Below are positions 43,866-53,883 of a DNA stretch of 54,334 nt, in pieces. The DNA comes from a virus (taxonomy: Duplodnaviria; Caudoviricetes). Where the stretch lies: IMG/VR virus record IMGVR_UViG_3300048849_000181, positions 1 through 54,334 of that record. The stretch is one strand, 5' to 3'. The notes under the pieces are model-generated. The model had not been told where the DNA came from. It was given only the letters and a program-made list of their open reading frames with translations, and ran no database searches. How positions within the stretch are numbered: the stretch's first letter is position 1; each line of letters starts with the position of its first letter. Both the position numbers and the translations under genes were made by a program.

Positions 43866-45160
43866 TATGCTGCCTCCTTCTTAACTGCCTTACGCCTATC
43901 CGCAATAGCCTTCATGTTCTTGTTGATCAAGTCAATGATTTGTTGATTGTAATCGGTCGCTTGGTTCCTGATGCCCCTTGATTGTACAATTCTAAAGTCA
44001 GTGAGGGAAACCTCTACCGTTTCAACTGACTGGCCGTTGATCTGGGCCGAAAATATCAGCGAATCTTCTTTTTTGTAGTAGGCATTAGTAAATACACAAT
44101 GGTGGTGCGAAAGTCCTTCATTGAGAAATTCCTCGACATGCTCCAATACTTTAACCGTTAGCCTACCTGATGTAAATGCCAGTCCGAAGAACATGCCCTT
44201 AGACTTAATATATGCCTTTTGGCTACTTTCGATTTTTTGCTTCTGCTTCTCGATTGTTCTGCGTTTTTCTTCTGCTACTTTCTTCTTAACTAGGCGGTCG
44301 TGGTCTTTCTTCAGATTGGTCGGGCAAACATATTTTGGGCTTCGTCTGTCCTTACGGAAGTACTCAAGTAAGTCCATATAGTCCAGCCAGGTTACCGCGT
44401 CTTTTGCCGTAATCATGTATTTGTTCCTGATGCAGATTTTAACAGAATCCCAATGCCTTTTTACATCATGCCGCTTGTTACCTAACCTCAATTCAAGTAG
44501 ACCGTACTGCTTAACCTTCAGGAGTGTTTCGGCTACATTGTCCGAAATGATTTTGTTGAAGATCTGATAAGGCGATATACCATGCACCGCAACTGTATAG
44601 CCATTGCGCTTGTACTCAGGCAAACACTTGATCTTTGGATATATCTTTGTAGGCCATAGGTCATACTTGTTTCCGTAATAGCTGTCTGTGGAACGGATTT
44701 CCATATCTCCATAGAAGTTGTTTCCGTTGCCCATTGAGCCACACAGTCGGCCAACTACTTGCATTTCCAAGTCTGGGTTGAAAAACTGCTGGATGACCTC
44801 CCACACATAGTAACGAGCTTTCTCCCCTGCTTTATGGTAACTGAATATTTCGAAAATTCTTACGACCTGGAACTCATTGTTGACATCAAGTACCGCCATC
44901 CATTCCCGCTGATCAAGTTTTCTTTTCAAGGTGTCCTCGACATGGAGCCTAGTGCCACATGCCGGGCAAATACATGATTTTACTTTTTGGGGACCAGCCC
45001 ACACGTGCCCACAGTCAAGGCAGGAAGTCTGCTTTTTAGTTCTGTAGGCAACGTGCTTTAGGCAATGTTTTAAACCCCACTCCCGCTGCACCGCGTACAA
45101 TGGCGGCAGCGATTGACTCAGATTAAAAGTTTGAGCCTGCAGTTTGGTTCTTGGTCTCAT
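43865..45160 (-). CDS. PcfJ-like domain protein
   Basis: CLDCG..CPACG Zn ribbon, WLDYMDLL, HDRL, EG..HHCV, ETVEV, QSRG..N. Confidence 0.85.
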   Translation of the reverse strand: MRPRTKLQAQTFNLSQSLPPLYAVQREWGLKHCLKHVAYRTKKQTSCLDCGHVWAGPQKVKSCICPACGTRLHVEDTLKRKLDQREWMAVLDVNNEFQVVRIFEIFSYHKAGEKARYYVWEVIQQFFNPDLEMQVVGRLCGSMGNGNNFYGDMEIRSTDSYYGNKYDLWPTKIYPKIKCLPEYKRNGYTVAVHGISPYQIFNKIISDNVAETLLKVKQYGLLELRLGNKRHDVKRHWDSVKICIRNKYMITAKDAVTWLDYMDLLEYFRKDRRSPKYVCPTNLKKDHDRLVKKKVAEEKRRTIEKQKQKIESSQKAYIKSKGMFFGLAFTSGRLTVKVLEHVEEFLNEGLSHHHCVFTNAYYKKEDSLIFSAQINGQSVETVEVSLTDFRIVQSRGIRNQATDYNQQIIDLINKNMKAIADRRKAVKKEAA

Positions 45161-45161
45161 A

Positions 45162-45530
45162 TCAGAACAACGAAATTTGGTTAACGAGATCCTGGTCAAT
45201 TGGAGCGGCCTTCTTGGCTGCTTTCTTTGGTTCTGAATCCGAAGATGGTTTCTTCTCTGCTTTGATGGATTGATTTACCACTACATGAGCTTTAACTGCC
45301 GCGCCTGGCTTGATATCATCTTCATCGTAGTAGTGAACTGCCATCCCGAAAATCTCTTCATCAGCGAAGCCCTGACGGCCTGTCTTTTTAACCTCGTTTA
45401 AAATGTAGGTGCAGCAGTCCTTTATATTTTTGGCTGGCTTCTTTAAAGTCTCGGCAAACAGCGGATCTTTGGCTGCTAAGCCTTTTAAATGCGTATCGAT
45501 AACGGTGGTGAACATATCTGTAGCTTGCAT
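45162..45530 (-). CDS. PcfK-like / AcrIIA9-family protein
   Basis: KNIKDCCTYILNEVKK.G..GFADEEIFGMAVHYYDEDDI; C-terminal QISLF. Confidence 0.85.
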   Translation of the reverse strand: MQATDMFTTVIDTHLKGLAAKDPLFAETLKKPAKNIKDCCTYILNEVKKTGRQGFADEEIFGMAVHYYDEDDIKPGAAVKAHVVVNQSIKAEKKPSSDSEPKKAAKKAAPIDQDLVNQISLF

Positions 45531-45540
45531 ATCATTTATT

Positions 45541-46290
45541 TTAATAAATCCCCAATAATCCCTCACAAACCTTCATCGTGTCCGGGGCAAAGTCTTTCCC
45601 GTACATCCATTGGACATAACCCAGATCGTTCTTGGCCTTTGTCCCTTTCTTACTTCCGAAGTTGAACACGATATCCCCATCTGCATCCAGGGTAAACTTG
45701 CCGGACAAGTCAAGCACCTTGCGATCATAATTACAGAAGCTATGCAGTTCGTTTATGTCCAGTGGCAGATCAGGGTACCGCTCCAGCTGGTTTACGAATA
45801 CATCAACGGTGGCCAGTATATCAGCTTCGGCGCTGTGAGCATTTTCAAGTTCAGCGCCACAGTAGAATTGGTAAGCAGCCGATAATGTCCGCGGCTCTTT
45901 GCGCTTGAAGATGTTGCCGGCATCAACCATGGCAAAGCTTTGGTAATCCCAGAAGCGGCAGGTACGGGCAAACTCATGGAAGAGTAGCGGCACATCAAAG
46001 CTGTTTGAGTTGAAGCCACCAACGTCGCAACCTTCAAGGAAGGTGAAGAGCTCGCTGGATAACTGCTGGAACGTTGGTTGATCTGCGACCATTTCGTTTG
46101 TGATGCCGTGGATGGCTGATGCTTCTGCAGGGATCAGGCACCCGGGGTTAACCAGGTGCGTTAACACTTCTCTTGAATAATCCGGGTGAACTTTGCAGAT
46201 TGCAATTTCAACGATGCGATCGGTTTGAGTATTTAGGCCGGTACACTCCAAATCAAGGAATGCCAACGGTCGTTTAAGTTTTAGTTTCAT
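45541..46290 (-). CDS. DEDDh 3'-5' exonuclease (Pol III epsilon-like)
   Basis: FLDLECTG, GFNSNSFD, AHSAEAD. Confidence 0.9.
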   Translation of the reverse strand: MKLKLKRPLAFLDLECTGLNTQTDRIVEIAICKVHPDYSREVLTHLVNPGCLIPAEASAIHGITNEMVADQPTFQQLSSELFTFLEGCDVGGFNSNSFDVPLLFHEFARTCRFWDYQSFAMVDAGNIFKRKEPRTLSAAYQFYCGAELENAHSAEADILATVDVFVNQLERYPDLPLDINELHSFCNYDRKVLDLSGKFTLDADGDIVFNFGSKKGTKAKNDLGYVQWMYGKDFAPDTMKVCEGLLGIY

Positions 46291-46313
46291 TGTTTTGCTT
46301 TAATTATTAAGGG

Positions 46314-47051
46314 TTAAAATGGTGTGACACCAAAAGGAATGTCCATCCCTTTACACGCCACGTTTACTGTTTTTGCTGTCAGTTCTTTAACCTCCCGCTC
46401 GAATTGCTCAGCATTGCTGTTACTGTCGCTTAAATGAAGCAGGAGGATGTTGTTTACTTTAGATAGATCATTCGCTCTGAGGAAATCTTTGCAAGTTTCA
46501 ATGCTCATGTGACTGGATAAAGTCCGGTCCTTTAAGAAATCATGAATGCTGCCCACCGCTGCGCGCTCATTGATGATCTCCCGTGAAAAGTTTGCCTCAA
46601 CCATGATGTTGGTCAGCCCGGGGAAGACATAGGGAACGTAATAGCTATCTGTGATGAAAACAGTTGTTCCGATCTCAGGATGACGAATAAGAAAGCCCAA
46701 CGGCTCCGCGCAATCATGCTTAACATCGAAGGCCATCACTTCGAAATTTCCAGCCTTAAACTTCTGCCCATGAGCAATGTTCACGATCCTATGGCTTTTC
46801 AGATTCAAAGCCTCCTGGGTGCCCTTGCTCATCACTACCCTGATCCCCGCAAGCAAGGCATCTTTCACCGCTTTCGAGTGATCACCATGTTCATGTGTGC
46901 ACACGGCATATACCACTTTGGAAAGGTTGAAATTAAGTGCTTGCTTCACCAGACTGAACTTCACCCCTAATTCCAGAATCAGGCATTCATCATTATTGTA
47001 AAAAAGGTAGCAGTTGCCGGCACTATTGGAGCCTAAGATTTTACAGCGCAT
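46314..47051 (-). CDS. MBL-fold metallo-hydrolase
   Basis: GSNSAGNCY, THEHGDH, HD, TDS, HLS; start MRCKILGS. Confidence 0.88.
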   Translation of the reverse strand: MRCKILGSNSAGNCYLFYNNDECLILELGVKFSLVKQALNFNLSKVVYAVCTHEHGDHSKAVKDALLAGIRVVMSKGTQEALNLKSHRIVNIAHGQKFKAGNFEVMAFDVKHDCAEPLGFLIRHPEIGTTVFITDSYYVPYVFPGLTNIMVEANFSREIINERAAVGSIHDFLKDRTLSSHMSIETCKDFLRANDLSKVNNILLLHLSDSNSNAEQFEREVKELTAKTVNVACKGMDIPFGVTPF

Positions 47052-47091
47052 ATTATTTGTAAAGGCGGCTTTTACACCGCCGGTTGATTGA

Positions 47092-47967
47092 TTAAAATGG
47101 AGCTTTTGCCTGACCGGTTCCGTTGATGTTTGGTGTGTGAGCCGGTTCGTTGAACGATTGGTTTGGCTGCATAGCCGGTTTTGGATCTTCTTTGACTTCT
47201 TCAGCATTATCGAAGGATAGCGGCTGTTTGTTTGCGTTTTCCAATATTTCGGATTTGATAGCTTGTTCTACTGGAATCTCGACATGCTCTATATCTTCGA
47301 TGTCATATACCTCCTCTTCAGTTTTCATTCCCATGGAAATCTCTGGAGCATACTCGTTGGTCCAGAAGGAAGCTGCACGATATATCAGCATTTTCTTCGG
47401 CATAGTTTTCCACTTGCTGCCATCTTTGGTGTACCAGCGTTCTTCAATAGCCATCCTAATACTTACTTCCGAAGATTCAAGAACATCTGTGCTGCCTTTT
47501 TCTTTTGTGTAAGCAACACACTCGATGTTGTCGATCTCAGAGCCGTCAAATACAATTTCTTTAGGCTCTTTCCTCTTAGTAGCATTGTTCCAGACGTATT
47601 CAGTAATCGTGATTTTTCCGATTTTGCCAAGATTTCTGAAGCGATATTTTAGTGCTTCAAAGCGGCCACAAGTATTTACTGTGGCGATAAGAAACTTTGA
47701 TGACCAAGATGGCCTACCATATATAATCACCAGGTTCTGCATGACCATTAAAGGATCAGCGCCCATACGTTGAGACAGAGACAAGGCGATCATGCAATTG
47801 GCTGTAGCTTTTTCAGGGGTGATTTTTTCCGATGGCTTATACATGTCCGGGACGAGCTCGGACATTGAAAACATTTTAGATACCCGTTGCATTACCGCGA
47901 ATTGTTCAGCATCAAAGAAATTGAAGCTTAAGGAGGTGTTTTTCTGTGTTGACAGTTGAGTTGACAT
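47092..47967 (-). CDS. RecT/Bet-like single-strand annealing protein
   Basis: ANCMIAL..MGADPLMVMQNL..GRPSW, W..MP..ML.YRAA; acidic tail ending APF. Confidence 0.75.
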   Translation of the reverse strand: MSTQLSTQKNTSLSFNFFDAEQFAVMQRVSKMFSMSELVPDMYKPSEKITPEKATANCMIALSLSQRMGADPLMVMQNLVIIYGRPSWSSKFLIATVNTCGRFEALKYRFRNLGKIGKITITEYVWNNATKRKEPKEIVFDGSEIDNIECVAYTKEKGSTDVLESSEVSIRMAIEERWYTKDGSKWKTMPKKMLIYRAASFWTNEYAPEISMGMKTEEEVYDIEDIEHVEIPVEQAIKSEILENANKQPLSFDNAEEVKEDPKPAMQPNQSFNEPAHTPNINGTGQAKAPF

Positions 47968-47995
47968 ATTTTATTGATTGAAGATTTTTGAATGA

Positions 47996-48292
47996 TTATT
48001 TACCTAATGCTTTGTTGATTGCCGCTCTCGCGATTTTAGTTTTCTCTTCTTTTGTGAAGTTATGAGGACCTTTATCGATGTCTCCAATAACGATTTGGAG
48101 GGCTTCAAGTAACTCAGGGGATGCTGCTATAAGCTGTGCATCGGCGGGCTTGAGTATTGACTCTGCAATCAAGAATCCCCCGTAGTAGTCAGTTGCAGTA
48201 TGACCGCTTTCATGAGGAAAGCCATCACCGCAATCTGTTATTACATCGCCGTTATTGTTGCCAAGTTTCCATGTACCTTTTGAATGTCCCAT
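47996..48292 (-). CDS. Hypothetical phage protein (DAQLIAASPELL family)
   Basis: Shares motif with 19942-20385. Confidence 0.7.
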   Translation of the reverse strand: MGHSKGTWKLGNNNGDVITDCGDGFPHESGHTATDYYGGFLIAESILKPADAQLIAASPELLEALQIVIGDIDKGPHNFTKEEKTKIARAAINKALGK

Positions 48293-50241
48293 TACGCTAC
48301 CCTCAATACTTTATCATCCGGTGAAACGATCAGGTTGATCACTTGTGATTCGATCTCAGGGATCATTGTAACCGACTCCCTGTTGTCAATGAAGATTGGA
48401 GCACAAATGCCATAGTGAGCACTCAAGGTTCTAATGATGTCGATACCAGCCCAGCATTTACCTGCTGTGTTTAGGTCCGAGAAAGGCACACCCCTATACA
48501 TGGTTTCACAAGTTTCAACCGGGTTTCCATCAACTGTATAGTCGAACATTTTGAAGGTAACGTACTTGAACAGCCCATTAATCCGACTTTCCGTAATCGA
48601 TATCTTTGCCCTGGTAAAATCCTCGATTGTAAATTCAATACCTTCAAGGTCTGCAATCTGCTGAGCAAGGTTGCTTTCTTCAGCTTCAAGTTCCGAAAGG
48701 CGTTTCTTACCATTCGCGCGCTGAGTTCTGGTTGAAAGTTGCTCTTTAAGCGTATCGATCTGGTAAGCTATAGCCGATCGCTTCTCTTTTAGATCAAAGA
48801 GATCAATGACAGGCGATACAACTGCTTCAGACTCTAGGAGCTTTAATTCATTGCTCAGCTGAACATATTGTGCGTCGTTAGCAATTAATGCATCGACTGA
48901 TTCAGCATTTTGAGAAAGGTCGAATGCTGCCAGTTCGCCTTTAGCAGATGTCAACTGTTCCTGAAGGGTTGCAAGTGCAGCCTTCAAGGTAGAAACCAAC
49001 TGAGTTGAGGATTCAACCTCTTTTTTGTGGCTGTTCGCGTCTGATACGATCAGATTAAGCATCAGCTGTTTTTCAGAAAGGAAGTTGCTTGTCAGCTTTT
49101 GCTTTTTAGCCTCAACATCTTCTGCGTCAAGCTCGCGTTTACAAGTTGGGCAGCAGAATGCGCCATCATCAAATGATATCTGCTCTTCGTTTTTCGCAAC
49201 CCATTTATCACGAAGCTGATCAGTTTTAACCGCAAGATCGGCCACTTTCGTTTCAGATGACTGGATAAGCAGGGTCTTGCTTTTTATATCCTGCTCAAGG
49301 GTCTGAACATTGTTGCTAAGCTGATTAAAACGCTGCTGCCTTTGATTGGCAGCAGATTGTACTTCAGACTGGATCCTGAATTCTATCTGCTTAAGCTTGG
49401 TTTTGAGATTATGGATCTCGTTTTGCTTAGTTTGGATCTTTTTATATTCCCGATCATAGGCAGCCGTCCGATCATTCATCGCGGCTTCTATTCCTGCAAT
49501 CTCATTTTGCTTTTCGGCAATTTCAGCCTCGATGGACGAATAATCTAAAGCCTGCGGAAGAGATCTTTGCAATTCATCGATACGGGCCGGTATCGCAACG
49601 ATATCGTCTTTCAGCTTTTTCTTTTTAGCCGACACTTCACGTTTATATTCAACAAGAGACTTGTTGCTTAACGCGCTGATCAGGGAAGTAAATTCGGGCT
49701 TGGTTCCTGCAACTTCTGCATCTGACACGTTACCAGCTAGGTCAAACAGGATAGATCTCCGCTCAGTCCATTTCAGGGTATTGAAATAGTTCGGGTTCGT
49801 CAACAGCTTCAATGCGCCTTCGGCAATTATGCTGTCGATCTTAGCCTGGTACTCCTTAGCTTGCATCGGTACGTCGTTGCAGTAGAAAAGGTTTTCATTG
49901 CCTGAGTAAACCGCATCCTTCTGCCCTTTTGGTTTTACCCACTTCTCCCGAAACACCCTTTTAAACACATCCCGGTTGCCGCCGGTGGTGATATGAAGGA
50001 TAACCTCGTGTTCAGCCCGGTTTAAGGATGTGTCAACCGTATTTTTGATATTGAAGTCCTTACGATCCTGGCTATCTTTGCCATACAGAGCCCAGAACCA
50101 GGCATCCGCGATCGTTGTCTTGAAGCCGCCATTTGCCGCATAGATGTTTGTTACGTCCGTGAAGTCGATGACCAATTCTTTTACGCCTTTGAAGTTTCGG
50201 ATCTCCATCTTGTCGATGAACATGTTTAACATTTGTTTCAT
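48292..50241 (-). CDS. SMC/Rad50-like AAA ATPase
   Basis: RNFKG, ANGGFKTT Walker A variant, long coiled coil with CPTC hook, PIFIDNRES Walker B. Confidence 0.88.
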   Translation of the reverse strand: MKQMLNMFIDKMEIRNFKGVKELVIDFTDVTNIYAANGGFKTTIADAWFWALYGKDSQDRKDFNIKNTVDTSLNRAEHEVILHITTGGNRDVFKRVFREKWVKPKGQKDAVYSGNENLFYCNDVPMQAKEYQAKIDSIIAEGALKLLTNPNYFNTLKWTERRSILFDLAGNVSDAEVAGTKPEFTSLISALSNKSLVEYKREVSAKKKKLKDDIVAIPARIDELQRSLPQALDYSSIEAEIAEKQNEIAGIEAAMNDRTAAYDREYKKIQTKQNEIHNLKTKLKQIEFRIQSEVQSAANQRQQRFNQLSNNVQTLEQDIKSKTLLIQSSETKVADLAVKTDQLRDKWVAKNEEQISFDDGAFCCPTCKRELDAEDVEAKKQKLTSNFLSEKQLMLNLIVSDANSHKKEVESSTQLVSTLKAALATLQEQLTSAKGELAAFDLSQNAESVDALIANDAQYVQLSNELKLLESEAVVSPVIDLFDLKEKRSAIAYQIDTLKEQLSTRTQRANGKKRLSELEAEESNLAQQIADLEGIEFTIEDFTRAKISITESRINGLFKYVTFKMFDYTVDGNPVETCETMYRGVPFSDLNTAGKCWAGIDIIRTLSAHYGICAPIFIDNRESVTMIPEIESQVINLIVSPDDKVLRVA

Positions 50242-50266
50242 TGCTTTAATTATTAAGGGTTGTTGT

Positions 50267-50380
50267 TTACTTGGGTGAGTTTTCCAGTTCCTGCATGATC
50301 TCTGCGCAGGTCTGTTCCATGGATTCGATCTTTGAGAGCATCTCAGAAATCAGTTGGTTGAGATTAAATTTTTCGGACAT
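50267..50380 (-). CDS. Small protein (37 aa, not in ORF track)
   Basis: MSEKFNLNQLISEMLSKIESMEQTCAEIMQELENSPK fills the operon gap. Confidence 0.45.
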   Translation of the reverse strand: MSEKFNLNQLISEMLSKIESMEQTCAEIMQELENSPK

Positions 50381-50603
50381 TAAGAGCGTGTTTATAATAG
50401 TTGAGGATCTTTTTAGCCTCCGGAACAATCTGGTAAGCGTCAAATGATGGCTTCAAATTCACGTGCAGCTCATTTCTGATGTATGCAGCCCAATCATTGA
50501 AGCCTTGTGTTGAATTGTCGTACTCCAAGGGGATCACAGTTCTCGAAACAGCAAGAACTTTTGTTCCTGCATTTGCTTTTTGCTTTGACGCTTGATTTTC
50601 CAT
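50364..50603 (-). CDS. Hypothetical protein
   Basis: 79-aa ORF preceded by conserved leader motif. Confidence 0.6.
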   Translation of the reverse strand: MENQASKQKANAGTKVLAVSRTVIPLEYDNSTQGFNDWAAYIRNELHVNLKPSFDAYQIVPEAKKILNYYKHALNVRKI

Positions 50604-50650
50604 AGCTTTGTTTTGCTTTAAATATTAAGGGGACTTTGGTTTCTTTAATT

Positions 50651-50680
50651 GAGCCTCATGTTGCTGCATGAGGCTTTTTT
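50651..50680. terminator. Hairpin terminator
   Basis: AGCCTCATG-N6-CATGAGGCT followed by T tract on + strand. Confidence 0.6.
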
Positions 50681-50681
50681 G

Positions 50682-50963
50682 TTATTTCTTGGCTTTGAAG
50701 TAGTTCTGTTCCATGAAATCTTCCACATCTTTTCTCTTGAAGCGAAGGCATCCGCCTACTGTTGTAAATCCAATCAGCTGCTTGTTGTCATTTACCCAGG
50801 TCTTTCCAAACCCGGTGAGTTCCATGAGCTCCTGAGCGGTCAGATATGGCTTCTGCTTGCTCTTGGCCTCAGCCTTAAGTTCTTCGACATAGTTGCCCAT
50901 CTCTTCGATCTTTGAAATCAGGTTGAGTAAAATCCTGTTGTCTACGATTGCTACTTCTGGCAT
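50682..50963 (-). CDS. Excisionase-like HTH protein
   Basis: YLTAQELMELTGFGKTWV..GGCLRFKRKDVEDFM. Confidence 0.75.
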   Translation of the reverse strand: MPEVAIVDNRILLNLISKIEEMGNYVEELKAEAKSKQKPYLTAQELMELTGFGKTWVNDNKQLIGFTTVGGCLRFKRKDVEDFMEQNYFKAKK

Positions 50964-51190
50964 AAGTCTTCTTCCCTCCATACTTTTAAATAATCCACTT
51001 TGTTAACTGTCTCTTTTTCGGTCTTGATCACCCGTTCAGGATGCTTAAGTTTAATTCTTCCACTGATCAAAGAGCTGATCGTATTCAACTGGGAGTAATC
51101 AGCATAAAATTGTCTACCGACTTCCAGACCTTCAATGTGAGAGGTCCACGTTACTCTCTTTGGTATTCTAACCACGTTTACTTTTACCAT
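50951..51190 (-). CDS. Hypothetical small DNA-binding-like protein
   Basis: Coupled to LuxR-HTH gene; LEVG..F and KVWRE pattern. Confidence 0.55.
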   Translation of the reverse strand: MVKVNVVRIPKRVTWTSHIEGLEVGRQFYADYSQLNTISSLISGRIKLKHPERVIKTEKETVNKVDYLKVWREEDLCQK

Positions 51191-51756
51191 TATATAATGC
51201 CTTTTTTTGTCGCCCAATAGATCATTGCGTTCTTGTCTTTGAATCCGGTCTTCATCCTGATGTTTGCAAAGTGGTTTTGAACCGTGTGGACTGAAATGAA
51301 TAGTTTTTCTGCAATCTCCTTATCCTCCAGGTTAACCAATCTAAACACAGGGGTTTCACGCTTACTTAGCAGAGCAGTCCCCACCAGGATGTTACTACAT
51401 GCTATTCCCTCTTGCTCGCACTTTCCTCTATTTGGGCAGGGCACGTATTCAGGTTGAGACAGCTTGTCGTTTTCGTCGATGTCAGCATCGTCGTTTAGCG
51501 CACCGTAGTTGCACATGATGTACTTCTCCAGCTTCTTATCCTCATCCGGACCGACCATCTTTTCGATAGCCGCTTCTTTAACCGGATTAGCCTTCATGTC
51601 ACGTCTGACAATTTCCTTCCTACAATCAGGAGTTGTTTGATAACAGTAAGGCTTGCCTCCGTACAGGCACATAGCCCTCGGCTCCGGTCCATTCATCACA
51701 GTAAAGAACTCTGTGTTGTTATCAATTAATCCTGCGGGTATTCTGTTAACTGTCAT
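51190..51756 (-). CDS. Regulator with Cys-rich region and C-terminal LuxR-type HTH
   Basis: LSKRE..DKEIAEKLFISVHTVQNHFANIRMKTG; CPNRGKC..EGIAC. Confidence 0.85.
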   Translation of the reverse strand: MTVNRIPAGLIDNNTEFFTVMNGPEPRAMCLYGGKPYCYQTTPDCRKEIVRRDMKANPVKEAAIEKMVGPDEDKKLEKYIMCNYGALNDDADIDENDKLSQPEYVPCPNRGKCEQEGIACSNILVGTALLSKRETPVFRLVNLEDKEIAEKLFISVHTVQNHFANIRMKTGFKDKNAMIYWATKKGII

Positions 51757-51796
51757 TTTAGTAGTTGTTAGCTATTGTTGCCTGTTTGATTATATT

Positions 51797-51874
51797 TACC
51801 TTTGTTTTATTGTACAATACAAATATAAAGTTCTTTACAATGAAATACAAGTTCTTTATATAAAGTTTTTTATA
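51797..51874. promoter_or_regulatory. Lysis/lysogeny switch: divergent promoters and three operator-like sites
   Basis: TACCTTTG (+) 51797-51804; TATATTTG (-) 51820-51827; TATAAAGttCTTTACA 51824, ATACAAGttCTTTATA 51845, TATAAAGttTTTTATA 51859. Confidence 0.7.
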
Positions 51875-51884
51875 AATTTCTCAC

Positions 51885-52601
51885 ATGACTGATTTACAAG
51901 TATTTAAACTTGCTCTCGAACATCTAAAAATATCGAAATCATTAAGCCAAAAGAAGGTCGGGGAACTACTTGGATATACAAATGAATCAGCTTTTTCCCA
52001 AGTAGTGAACGGGAAAGTGAAAATGCCGGATGACATCTACGATAGGATGGAGATCATAGATCCGGATATAAAGAAGTTTATATTATTTGAAACAACTTAT
52101 AGAAACTTTGATAATGATAATACGGCTAAGACGGTACCACCACCTATGAAGCCAGACACTAAACAACTAATGACTAGCTCTCAAAACCACAAAAAACCAG
52201 AAGGATTAATACCCTTCTACAATGCGGACTTTATAGCCGGTAACGCGGAACTTTACTATGATGACGAAACTATCTACCCTGAGTACTATATGGACGTTCC
52301 TGAATTTTCAGGAAGCACAGCTTTCCGGGCGTACGGGGATAGCATGGAGCCTCGGATCAAGTCTGGGAATATTCTGTTTGGAGTAAAGCGGGAAAATTGG
52401 AACTTATACCTGGAGTACGGACAGATATATGGTATTACATGTAAGGACGGATCTAGATTCCTGAAGTATGTTCGCAAGCATCAAGATGAAAGATTTTTAC
52501 TTTTAAAAAGCGAAAACCCGAACTACGATGATATGGAGATGCCGAAATCTGAAATAAAAAATATTTGGCTTATAAACGGCTGGATAGACAAAAGAAATTA
52601 A
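51885..52601 (+). CDS. CI-like repressor (XRE HTH plus S24 autopeptidase)
   Basis: SQKKVGELLG..SAFSQVVNG HTH; GDSMEP serine motif, FLKYV lysine, LKSENPNY. Confidence 0.9.
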   Translation: MTDLQVFKLALEHLKISKSLSQKKVGELLGYTNESAFSQVVNGKVKMPDDIYDRMEIIDPDIKKFILFETTYRNFDNDNTAKTVPPPMKPDTKQLMTSSQNHKKPEGLIPFYNADFIAGNAELYYDDETIYPEYYMDVPEFSGSTAFRAYGDSMEPRIKSGNILFGVKRENWNLYLEYGQIYGITCKDGSRFLKYVRKHQDERFLLLKSENPNYDDMEMPKSEIKNIWLINGWIDKRN

Positions 52602-53296
52602 TGGACCTTACACTCACATTTTCAAAGTCTCGCTCTGGCTCATTCGGTCAGGTGGTCCGGGAATGTGGCAGGTTTAATGAATTCACCTTCGCTGATGGAC
52701 GCTACACGCTCACCATTTCCTATATGGAAGCGCTTAGCCTGTGGGATTCCTTTCAAATCATATTTGCAAACGCAGTAACCTGGGCATCTTTTGAGTTTAA
52801 GATCAAAGATCGGCCGGTAGCAGGCAGGGCAGATATCAAGCGGATATACTACGACCTGCAAGAATTGATGTATTGCCTTAAGCAATATCAAACTGTAGCG
52901 GACCCGGAAGCATACTGTGCACAGGATTTTTGGGGATGCAACAGACTGAAGTCTGTCCAGATAATGCCAGACTTCTACCATACTGCGGCCGGGTGGTTTT
53001 CGTTTGGCGCCCTGGTGGATGGTAACTGGAAAATAGATAAGCAGCAGATCCTTGGAACACTGTTAAAGGAGGCCCAATTAAAGCACCTGGACAGCTGCCC
53101 GAATTTTAACAAGAAACGAATAGAACAGGTGGTGCAGGCGCTACCTGATCAGATCGACATTGCAACGCGCAACTGGAAGCTAAAAACGAGCCTACAGTTT
53201 GCCGACGGAACATTTAAGCAGGTATGCACCGGCATAGAGTGGACCGGCCATTACGCGGAGTATAAGCCTGAAAATTTTTTAATTAAACACACATGA
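52601..53296 (+). CDS. Hypothetical protein of the lysogenic operon
   Basis: TAATG coupling to repressor; several Cys. Confidence 0.65.
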   Translation: MDLTLTFSKSRSGSFGQVVRECGRFNEFTFADGRYTLTISYMEALSLWDSFQIIFANAVTWASFEFKIKDRPVAGRADIKRIYYDLQELMYCLKQYQTVADPEAYCAQDFWGCNRLKSVQIMPDFYHTAAGWFSFGALVDGNWKIDKQQILGTLLKEAQLKHLDSCPNFNKKRIEQVVQALPDQIDIATRNWKLKTSLQFADGTFKQVCTGIEWTGHYAEYKPENFLIKHT

Positions 53297-53883
53297 ATAA
53301 AATTCTACTTACACTGCTTTTTGTCACCTCAACTGTTCAGCTATTTGGGCAGAAAAAAGAAAAAGACACTGCTAAAGTGATTCTTCCCACAAAAGACGGC
53401 CTGGTTTATTATGAATCTGTCATTGACAGCATTGGTTCAAAATCTAAAGAATCGCTTTACAACGCTTCACTTAAATGGATGGCAGAAAGTTTTGTAGACT
53501 CCAAAGAGGTTATACAGATAAAAGATCCTGTTGCTGGTTCAATAGTTGGATCTGGCCGTTTTGATTACACACCCAAGGGATTCATGTCTACTTCCCAACG
53601 AATGTCGTTCATGGTTGAAATTACAGTGAAGGATAATAAGTCAAGAATAAGGCTTTATAAGTTCAAAAATAAAATATTGGGATCATCTGGTTATGGGTTA
53701 GTAGCAGCTAGCGGTGATTCAGATTATATTTCGATCGACAAGGGATATCAAACATATTTAAGCAATAAGAGATTTCCTAAGGAAAACAGATCTTACTTCC
53801 AAGCTATAGATGAACGGATACAAGGAATAATTAAATCCTATAAGGAGTTCCTAAGTTCAAATTCCAACGATGACAATTTTTGA
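53293..53883 (+). CDS. Exported DUF4468-like protein
   Basis: Signal peptide; SKESLYNASLKW..SKEVIQIKD..GSIVGSG pattern. Confidence 0.7.
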   Translation: MNKILLTLLFVTSTVQLFGQKKEKDTAKVILPTKDGLVYYESVIDSIGSKSKESLYNASLKWMAESFVDSKEVIQIKDPVAGSIVGSGRFDYTPKGFMSTSQRMSFMVEITVKDNKSRIRLYKFKNKILGSSGYGLVAASGDSDYISIDKGYQTYLSNKRFPKENRSYFQAIDERIQGIIKSYKEFLSSNSNDDNF

